Source: Bugula neritina
Lineage: Eukaryota; Animalia; Bryozoa
Length of the DNA: 64,000 nucleotides
Reading direction: 5' to 3'
Assembly (NCBI GenBank): GCA_964035545.1
Contig: OZ037770.1
Location: forward strand, 4,248,662 to 4,312,661
Positions within the stretch are counted from its first letter, which is position 1; each line of letters starts with the position of its first letter. A program made the position numbers and the translations under genes. Below are positions 21,993 through 64,000 of this stretch, one piece after another. Under the pieces are notes generated by a model. It saw nothing but the letters and a program-made list of their open reading frames with translations. It searched no databases and had not been told where the DNA came from.

Positions 21993-24568
21993 AGTAGTCT
22001 GTAGTAGTGATGTCCGGGCGAGAGATCGTCTGCGTCGACAAGTTTGGCCGCCCTCTGGAAGGAGAAAGCCAGCAGCGTTTTAGTACCAAGAGGAGGGACG
22101 AGGGCCTCTCGAGATCCAATACAGAGACACGGGCTAACCCAGTGGCAAGGCTCAACGGGGGCCAGAGTCGACCCAAAACGGTAGTCAGCAAAGATCTGGA
22201 GGCGGTACAAACCCTCCGCGCCAACCCTGCTTTAGCAAATAACGTCACAGAGCTACAAAAAGCCCAGGAGAAGCTCCCTGGAGTAGTAGCTGACGTGTAT
22301 CAAGCAAAAAGGGACAGGCGGTGACCCAGTAAAGTACAACTTGGGCAAGGATGCGCTGAATTCCGGCTGCTCTGCCAGAGTTGGGACTCACTGTGGATCG
22401 AAGACGATGGGCTGACCATCACACTGCCCGCCAGTGACAGACACCCCAAGAGAAAGAGGGAGTTGATTGAGATTACCCACCAGCAGACTCATACAGGTGT
22501 CCAAAAGGTGATCAATGAGCTGCAACTCCGGTGGTATTGGCCCAAGATGAGGCGAGACATACGGCGCAGAGTGAAACGGTGTAAAGTTTGCCAAGCCAAC
22601 AAGCATGGCCACTCCCCTGATGAAGCGGGGCAGCAGGATGTCAGGTGGTCAGGACAGACGGGAACCGCCGATCTGACTAAATCTACACCCCCGTTGTTGA
22701 AGCCCAGGAGGCAAACAACATCGCGGAGGCAACAGCGGCGTAAACCAAGGTGTGAAGTGGTCGTGCCGCGAGAGGAATGCCTGGTAAGAGATGAACGGCC
22801 ACTTCCCCTAATGAAAGTGGGTCCATCGCCTTCAGTACCATGTTTGACTCCATCACGTCCGGATGCCAGGACGGTGCCGTAAGTGCAAACCCTCATGGAG
22901 GAAGGGGCTCCATCCGGAGAAAGCAGAAAAAGGGCGATCACCAGTGAGCCAAAAGTTCCATGGAAAGAATGTAGTAGGCCGCCGGTAGATACGCCACCCC
23001 TCTGGGACGACGGCAGCACACAAAACAAATCCCAACATACTTACAAGACTTCACATATGACTGCGTGCTAAGCGGCAAGTATGTAAGTCCAGCAGGGTAC
23101 GATGCGGTGAAACCACCAACTAGTTGTGGGAGTTGTGAGCCTCACAAGAAAATCAACTTTTTCAAGGGCGGAACCACGAGTAGAATTATTCCGCCGGGTG
23201 ATGTGCCTTGGTCACATGCCAAAGTCACGCTACCGGGCCTTTTCGCATGTGAATGCAGTCGAGAGTAGACGTACTAGAAATAGCTCATAGTAATCATTCT
23301 GAATAATTCCAGTATGTCCGACTATACCGGATCTCAGGGTGAGTGAACAATTCTTTCCTAGTACAGCAATTAGACTACATCGATCAGCTAGTCCTGTTGA
23401 GTAAACTAGCTGGAGATATCGTTGGTGGAAATAAGTGGCAAGACTGTGAACTGACTTGGGATTTTTGTGATCCCCATCGCAATCATGCTCTCGGCCAATA
23501 GTCCACCAACCTAGATCTCACGAGTGCCTTAATATAAGAATGAGCTGTTAGGCTGTACAACGCCGGCAGCACTTCAGTGTAGATAACTCACACTGTTGAA
23601 CTCTTTCAGGTAACACTCGAACCGCCGCCGCGGGACGCCAGGACTCCACTCAATACTCACTCTCCTCCGCACTTATGGAAGATGACAATGAGATGGAAGG
23701 AGGACTTCCCGTACCATTCCGCCGCCGTAGCCGGTGGGTGTCGCCGGCCACAAAAAAAATAATAGAGGCTGCATGTGGGCAGCGCAAAAATACCAGGTGC
23801 CAAGTATGTCAGGAAGATCGCCCTTCCACCACTCATTGTGGCTACACGTAAACACTCACTATCTATTAATTTTCTGCCGTGTGGAAAATACAACGTATAC
23901 CCATACCCTATCATTACGCACATGGCTAGAGGATTCAACCCAGGAGCCCCCACTTTGTAGACGCCGACACATACCCCCAGTTCTTGGCTGTCATCCTCCG
24001 CTGGTTTGCAAGGCAATGCTGTTAGCCGCCCTAAACTAAGGGTTCCACACCGTATTGGAATATGCCAGGCAACAGTCTTCCCTGGTGACGGACCAGCCTC
24101 GAGAGGTACCCGCCGTAGCCGACTCGACCCACGACACTGTAGAGGAAGAGGTAGAGTCACCCCCAAAGTCTCTAAATTACAGTCGGAAAGACCCACACGC
24201 TTGGCAACCGTAGAGGAGTGACTCCTACGGTTGCAGTCTGACTTCACGCAGCTGGCTCCCAGTCTGTTATCCACAACCATTGGTTAAAGCCAACTCAAGG
24301 ACTCAGTAGGTAGGATTAAAAGGAGGCTGCCCGCCCAACGACCTAACGTTCGTCCCCAGGGCGAGTGATGGTATTCCTGTTCTTCTTCTTCCCGTTTCCT
24401 TTCTCAACACGGAAGCCTCTGTGAGTCATATCTTTTCTGGGAATTCTCCAACTACAACATTGTTATCATGTAAATTACGGCTCGTATCCCCGGGGTAGAT
24501 TACTGGTGTATCTATGCAGTACTTCTCTCTTGCATATTGTCTTATTATTTTCTGAGTTTTATATTATG

Positions 24569-24572
<4 letters not shown>

Positions 24573-24620
<48 letters not shown>
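24573..24620. repeat. (TA)n microsatellite in the 3' region of the LTR element
   Basis: Visible array. Confidence 0.95.
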
Positions 24621-24624
<4 letters not shown>

Positions 24625-25369
24625 TTAATATTAGTGTTCTTATATTGTGTAATATAGTGTATTTTTCCTTTTTCTATTATTGTATATTTTATTATCATAA
24701 AGTAGGCTTTTTGCTGGTGGGGGCAGTGTAGTGCCTCGTAGAGCCACAATAATAGAAACAGGGACTCAGTAGTTTCCCCTTCTGGTATACTTTTAATACA
24801 GCACTCAGCAGACACGCAAGGATGGCGTGGCCTCTAAATGACTGTCCAATCAGGAGGAACTTTAGTTAAATATGTTAGCATGACTGGTTAATTAGTTAAG
24901 TTGAGTTAGAGATAGCGGAGTAGTGAGATGTGATTTATGTACAGAGTAGTTTTCCTTAGCTTGTGTGACTTTTCTTAATGTGTATTTTTTGGATAAAATA
25001 TAAACTTTTATTATCATATGCAAACAATCTGTGGAGACTACTAAACAATGCAATAAATAGACTATACACTCAGAACCCACATACAAAAAATCATAACAAT
25101 AAGTCATTTGATGTTTTCAATTTAACTAATGGATTCAACTGTTTACACTCTCAGCTATAAAACAGTAGACTTTGAAACATGTGCTTAAACTGCTCAATCC
25201 AAAACTTACATTAACTAAAACAATAATAGATTCTGCGATGAAATTTTGCATGTTTGTAACCAGAGCTATACTTTCAGATATTAAAAGAGTTTTACATTGA
25301 TCTCCAAATCAATATAAGATTCAATCTTTATGTATTAGCCAATGTTGATAAACAGAATGACAGCTGCTA

Positions 25370-26105
25370 TTCTGACTAACAAATCAGTTAGAGACTTAAG
25401 TTGGTGAATGCCATCAACAATCACCTCACTGTGAAAATACTTGATGCTTATGTTTTCAATGGGAAAGCTTACATTGAAACATTGAAGTACTTTTAGAGAG
25501 CACGGAATGAGTTGATAGGTTATGAGAATGTGATCATTATCAAGAATCAAATAGTAATTCCTGTTTCATTCAGTGGAGGATTTATAGACATTATTCATAA
25601 AATACACCTGCATTGGACGAGAAACAAATTATGTCTATTGACCTGGAGACTAAGGTGAGGTAAGAGATCTCATGAGAAGTTACTCCTCTTTGTCAAGGAA
25701 ACATGCGTGTTAATACTCAGACTAACATTAAATCACGCACAATATCACAGACTACGTACGTGTACATACCCTTTCCAGTCAATCAACATGGATGTGTTTT
25801 ATTTAGATGACTCTGAATATTTAGTGCGTGTTGAGTGGTACTGCAAGTAGCTGACACGAGATCATCGAAGTGCTTAAAACAAAGTTTAATAATTTCAGTA
25901 GGCCGGAAGTTGTGTTGTCGGAAAATGTGTTTAAAATGCGAGTATTTTTAGGAAGATAATAGAGTAAACATGTTATAACTGCTAGCCCTTATCATAGTTG
26001 AAGCCCAGTTTTAATGGTAAACAAGAGAAATAGACCAAAAGGGGCTGCTTGACCAAAGGCAACCATTATATGATATGCTACGCACTATAAGAAATACACC
26101 ACATA
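25370..26105 (+). pseudogene. Highly decayed Gypsy integrase relic
   Basis: Collinear motif remnants in broken frames: NQIVIP, IIHKIHL, PFQSINMDVFYLDDSEYLVRVEWY, RPEVVLSEN, ITASPYH, IRNTP. Confidence 0.7.
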
Positions 26106-26144
26106 GTAGCCATTGACACACTTTTTATGAAGTCTAATTCATTC

Positions 26145-26148
<4 letters not shown>

Positions 26149-26242
<94 letters not shown>
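26149..26242. repeat. (TA)n microsatellite
   Basis: Visible array. Confidence 0.95.
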
Positions 26243-26243
<1 letters not shown>

Positions 26244-26751
26244 CTAAACCAAGTGTGTAGAAGAGTCTAACAAAAGCTCTTCAGAAAACTGAGTTAGCAA
26301 CAGAAGTGTATTGTTATTATAAACACGGCACTCTAAATGTCCAAGGCAATATATGATTTGACAGCTTATGTTATCATATGCAAAATTTTACAATTAAGAA
26401 GCTTTTTTTCTATATCTACTAGAAAAGATAGAATAATTGATAACTGTAGTGCAATGCAATATAAAACAAAATCACTAAAACAAAATTGTTACAGCAAGGC
26501 CACACAAAACAAAATAATATATATATGTTTTCGAGTTAACATTGTTGATCTGAAAGAGAAAATAAATTATCTGAGTACTAAAATTAGAAATATTTAAAAA
26601 TAAACCACAGCAATACCCACAATAGTATCAAAGTAACTAAAACAAAAAGAAAACAATTTTTTTGCTGATTAATGTTTTTCAACCCTCTAGCAGTATTTGT
26701 TAGTTGTTATAGCGTCTTTAGGCCGTTGGCATAATAAATTTCGCTTGTATT

Positions 26752-58405
<31,654 letters not shown>

Positions 58406-61260
58406 GACTTGTCAAGATTGATTCAAACTCAAAATAATTGCTTTTCTCTGAGTATCAGGGGTTTGATGATATAATAATACTTTCACTGTTGATTCTTTTT
58501 TGTAGCTGCTCTTCTGTTGCGCTATCTAAAATCAAATAATTATTAATAGTTAGTAAACTATAGGCAGTCTTGCATATAGTATACTTAGAATTATTGCAAT
58601 AGTATCCTATGCTGACTTAGTTGCTTTTAATGCGTATAAAGTTGGTAAGAATTTACACTACTTGTTTCTATTCATTTCCTTTTAACTGTGGTAGACTGTG
58701 AGACACATTTGAGTCATTTTACTTTATTCAGTACGCAACAGCAAAATATGACCAAGTAGTTTCTACCAAGTTTCTGGCCAAGTACTTTCTACCCGCAGTG
58801 CATTCGGAGGTTTTCAGATTATAACTGCTTATTGGGGTAAAACTGTGTATACCCCAGTAAACCTACAATTATCCTAATGTTTGTGTAATTTCCTATAATA
58901 TAAATAACCGGCTTCTAATGCATGCATGCATGCATGCATACCTAACCAATGCTAATAAACTAAACATGCATGCATGCAATTATTTGTACCATATGCAAGT
59001 AATATATTGGCTAATTAGCAACTATAACATTTTTTTAATTATTTTTATTGCTTACATATGTCTAGGTTTTATTAAAATAGGATTCTTATTTGCAACCTTG
59101 CATCACAAATTACATAAAATCTAAGAACTTGAGTTGTTACATACCTACACAAATAGACCTTCATAAAACTCCCAATGATTTTATTCAACTCATGTATACA
59201 AAAATTTTGCTCTAAAACAACTTTTCTAAATCACCTTAGAGCAGGGAATTATTACAAAAACAGCTTCTCAAATATAATCTTTAGTCAGATTAATTTTTTT
59301 ATTATATTTGAACTATATTTGCAAGTTATTATTGTGATATCACTCAGGTAATCACGTATATATTGTTTATTATAGCTGTAATGCTTTAGCAATGAATATA
59401 GATCAAGTTTAATTTCTACTATACCTGGCACTTTTTCAGAATTAGAGCTAACTGCACAACAAAAAACAATTTTCTACAGCGTACTATAATATAAATGTTG
59501 AAGTATATTCTGTAAGCACGCAGTATAACAGATATATTTGCTGAATATTACAGTACTAAAGGATTAATAATACTTACCATATACTTGAGGTATAACTGTT
59601 ATACTTGAATCAAGTTATACTTTGTGGTAGTTATGACTGCAGTGTGTGTCACAGTGTTGTTAACTCTACAAATAGTAATAAAGACTGTGCGTTATACAGG
59701 TATAAAATATTATATGATAGCTACCTTATCAGTGTTTATGGTCCACCCATATTTACATTCACTGATAAACTACTCAGCTTAGTCAATAAACAGAGTCCAC
59801 ACCTGCGCCTGTTTTTTTCTCAACTCACTTCAACACTCCTACAATAACTTTGATGTCTTCATTTCTAATCAAATTTTAATAGTTACAATTACTGTTTTGA
59901 GTTTTCAAGCCAATTTTGTTATATTATTATCCTCTCTATAAACCACCTTTGTCAGATTCCAACCAATAAGGACAGCTTTAACAAAACCCTTATGTCTTAT
60001 TGCCTAATTTTGAGTATATAGATAACTATAACAACTTTACCATTAGATTCAGTATGGATGGACCTAATGACCACCCAATCTTTTGAGTTGAAATTCTGTT
60101 TTAGCAGTTTCTAGATTAATTGATTTTTGTACTGTAATTGAAGCAGATTTGCAAACAAAAGCATCCTATATTATACAGCACTATATAGTTACATACATAT
60201 ATAATAAATAACTCAACAAAGCTATTTTACTGATATTAATTAACATTTCACAAAGCTGAGTTTACATGTATCTACCTGGCTTAAGAATTACCCAATAAAT
60301 CTAATCCAAAGACTTATGCATGCTTCCTTAAAAGAAAGATGCAAGCAACTGGCCATAAAATAAAAAGACCATATTATCAATGAAATTACCTTTCACTCTG
60401 AAAATGTTTATTTTATTACTACAAGCTAATTGAGGTTCTATATGAAATGTTATGGAGCTGTGTGCTTATAGTAAACAGCATGGAGTCTTTTATTCAAATA
60501 GCGTGGAACGTAAACAAAGACCTTGACCTTAATATGGTACTCATTCAAAGTAAGAGTAGAACTAGACATACACTAACCATCTTTCAATTAGAGGTCTTGA
60601 AAAATGGAAGTCTGAAAACTGTCCTGGGTTACATTATAATGTTATATGATATAAATTAAATATAAATTAATGTAAAAAATCACTCACAAAACATATTTTT
60701 TGGTACATAAATGAATTTAAATCAAGTCAATGTTTTGTAGTGATAATTTGAGTTTACCAGTGCTGAAGTCAACATAACTTAGTCTCAGCTACTGCAGGTA
60801 ATGAAATAATATAATAACAGCTATACATGTATTACATAAAGTTACAAGACAGAGATATAATTTATACATACCTGTTAGTATACAGAGTCTGTCAGCTGTC
60901 ACACTGTTTACTCCGTATCTTACATTAGCTACAGTTGAAATATCTTGCCGTGTTGTCACCTACATAATGTATAATGTACAGCATACCATGGCTACCTTAT
61001 CATAGTATATGGTATGCCTTTGTTTACATTAGCTAATATATATTAGGGTTAAGTAGTTATACAAAGTATAAAGTAAAAGTGACAGGCGACTTGAGATTAT
61101 GTACATGGGAATACATTGAGTTCTACAGGAACTATTTTCAATAATAACTGAGAAATCAAACCTCAGTCAGTAGTGAGGAATATAGTACAATGCAGTGTTT
61201 TACTTTGCTGTTTGTTGTACTATATTATATTGTATGGCATATACCATATTATAGCATATC

Positions 61261-61262
<2 letters not shown>

Positions 61263-61352
<90 letters not shown>
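61263..61352. repeat. (TA)n microsatellite
   Basis: Visible array. Confidence 0.95.
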
Positions 61353-61356
<4 letters not shown>

Positions 61357-63105
61357 CTACTATGGGAGTCAATTTACTTCATTTAGTACACACCAGCAAC
61401 TTATGACCTAACATTAAAGTTTGCTCAAAATCAATTGAAATTTACTATGCATGCTATTTTTATGAGCTGGTTTTAACTACGCATAACATAAGAGGCTGGG
61501 AGGGGATTCCTCAACATTAAAGCACAAGTCATTGTCATATGCACTTAATATTCTATATGTGCGGACCAGCACAAAAAAACCGTAACGTCCGTAACCAAAA
61601 CTAGCTGAATAATTAGGGAAAAATGTGGGAAATGAAGCAAAATTAAAAAAGACTTTGAATATTTAGGTGTATTTATTGGTGTTTTACTAATTTTGGCCAA
61701 AAAACCATGTTCATTACCAGCTAAATTGTGAAAAATAGCCAAAAACTGAAGATATCCAGTGTGTACTAAATTAGGTAAAATGACCCATGGCTATTGTTAA
61801 GCAAATAACTAGCAATCATTTAATGATTTAGCTTTGGCAAACTATCATGTACAGTTTTTAAATGCATTTCTTTTAGACTACCCTATTCTTCAGCTTACCA
61901 ATATCATAACTTAAAAAATTTGTGTTGCAGCTTATGCTAAGCCTGAGTTGGCTGTTTCTAAATCTAAAATGCTGTTTGTCTCCTATATTTGAACAATAGG
62001 TTAAACTAGTCATTATATTTACTTGCAGGATTTAAAATGCACAGTTTAGCAATAATATAAGTTTTTTTCCAATGAATTAAAACACTTAAATTATTGGTGT
62101 AGAGAAATTGCAAGTTATGCTGCTTATGATAACATAATGTTTTTACATGACCTAATCTCATAGCTTTAAAATGTTGTAAAAAATTTTTTATGAAAGTACT
62201 GGACTCCATCAGTTATAGAGGGTGGCTGCGGATTGCAGAGATCCCAGCAGACAATAGGACTTTCAAGAAATGCTAGCTGAAGGCTTTACCCAATACTTTA
62301 CCATTCAAACAGAGTGTAATGGGTGTGGACATGCATTACGTAATGTTGTAACTATGCGTAGTAATCTGGCTGTATGAGACAAGGCTTTGAATAAGTTCAT
62401 GAATTTAAGCAAATACTTATGACAAACAACTATTGTTTTACTTATTAGCTGGTTTAAACCCATGTAACTATAACTACATTAATTTTAATGAATTTTGTGT
62501 TTGAGTGAAGTTAGCAACTGGTATAAAACCATTCTAACTTTAAACACTGAAGTAATATCAGGCAATAACTAGAAATGTGGTGGTCACTTTTGATAGACTT
62601 TAAAATGACTAAGAAAAATATAAATGAAACTAATTTACTCCTCCTAAAAGAATTGCAACCAAAAAAAGTTTATTCTTTACTGAGTATAGGATTGTCGCAC
62701 ATTAAATTATAACCTTAACTACATAAGTCAGGACAGCATGTGAACTACTTTAGGTGATAGATGAATACTCTATATAAAACATATTTTCTGAATATGTAAA
62801 CTGCTAACCTCTACAGATAAATAATAAATGCATATGGTTTAACTACTAATGTTTTATGAATGAATTTCAGAGTTTAGGGGAAAGAACCATAATGGGACAG
62901 GTGCATAAGCGATATTGGCAGCAGTGATGGTTGATTCAATCTTTTTAGTAGTTCCCATGGCTTACATGCCATAAAATTCTTACTGAATAGCCTATTTACC
63001 ATTGTGAACAAATGATTCGTAAACAGAAAGTCGGTATAATACTACCCTGTAATTTACACCTTGTAAATGTAGACAGAGTGTACACTATTTACGCAATGAG
63101 ATGTA

Positions 63106-63531
63106 AGTATTAGAAGACCATTCAAAAACCCAGCCAATCAGAGTTCTGTACCAAAATCCGGTGGCTTATTACCAGCTGGAATATTAGGGAACAATAGTCA
63201 TTCATACTAGTATAATAGAGAACAAATAAAGCTAAGAGATATGTAACAACTGGCTTCAAGCTGCAAAATTGTACCAAGTCATTTTTGCAGACATACAATT
63301 TTTAATTGCATTTTATAAACACTTAATTTAGATGTTTTGAAAAATACATCAGAGTGTCATAAACTTAAGATATGAAATAAAGTAATACACTTGAAAAAAG
63401 TTGCACAACTTCTTTCTAGAAGCATGCATGTTGCAACTGAACTTGCAGAATTTTATTTAAGTTATAACGGTGGGGTATTGACCTAGTACACTTTGCAGAT
63501 TGGCTGAGTTTTACATGGTCTATTACGATAC
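63106..63531. mobile_element. Possible old MITE with imperfect TIRs
   Basis: GACCATTCAAAAACCCAGCCAATC near 63116 versus rc GACCATGTAAAACTCAGCCAATC near 63520; ends and TSD not resolved. Confidence 0.5.
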
Positions 63532-63675
63532 CATGAATACATTATTTACTCAGCTGGGTGGCTATACAATTATGCCAAAATGAAAAGCCTTTGGTTACTA
63601 ATGCCGGAGAAGTTGAACAATATTATTGAAGACCACATAATATAATATCGTGCTTTGTTGTTACAAAGTGAATGA

Positions 63676-63909
<234 letters not shown>

Positions 63910-63914
63910 CTATT

Positions 63915-63967
63915 AGTAATATTATAAAAAGTAGTATAATATTATAAAAAGTAGTATAATATTATAA
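63915..63967. repeat. 20-bp tandem repeat, ~2.5 copies
   Basis: TAATATTATAAAAAGTAGTA repeated. Confidence 0.8.
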
Positions 63968-64000
63968 ATTTTATTAAAGATAGAGTAGTTTTTATTTTTT

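Larger units (their letters stand above)
17446..25098 (+). mobile_element. Internally deleted Ty3/Gypsy element with LTRs 17446-17817 and 24727-25098
   Basis: 372-bp TG...CA LTRs roughly 90% identical; flanks ATGA/ATAA (imperfect 4-bp TSD); PBS; PPT-like GGTGGGGGCAG; decayed gag from ATG 17854, protease FLLDSGCTTN, integrase HHCC (THQQTH...CKVC). RT, RNase H and IN core are absent. Confidence 0.95.

Noticed and set aside
23050-23855. Continuous decayed antisense protein extending ORF 23673-23855
   Set aside because: Stop frequency on read-through is near random expectation and no motif was recognised.

Overview
AT-rich, intron-containing animal (invertebrate-like) genomic DNA dominated by nested transposable elements. 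Host genes: an apparently intact 10-exon SLC16/monocarboxylate-type MFS transporter (+, 2915-14893), an intronless rhodopsin-family GPCR pseudogene (-, 16256-17172), and a ~13-exon, ~589-aa gene of unknown function (-, 26752-58405). Mobile DNA: one decayed Mag-like Ty3/Gypsy element, three related tRNA-Leu-primed Gypsy elements with paired LTRs, two solo LTRs with 5-bp TSDs, an old integrase relic, and five insertions from three DNA-element families. These three families share the terminus CACAG-N5-TTAA-RG; the four complete copies have 2-bp TSDs supported by homologous empty sites inside the window. The most novel-looking items are (i) that CACTA-outside/Kolobok-inside terminus, (ii) a 320-bp TRIM-like element whose direct repeats are tRNA-Ala-like and which lacks a canonical PBS, and (iii) a covarying -1 frameshift signal shared by the three Gypsy elements. 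All coordinates and alignments were read by eye and need computational confirmation.
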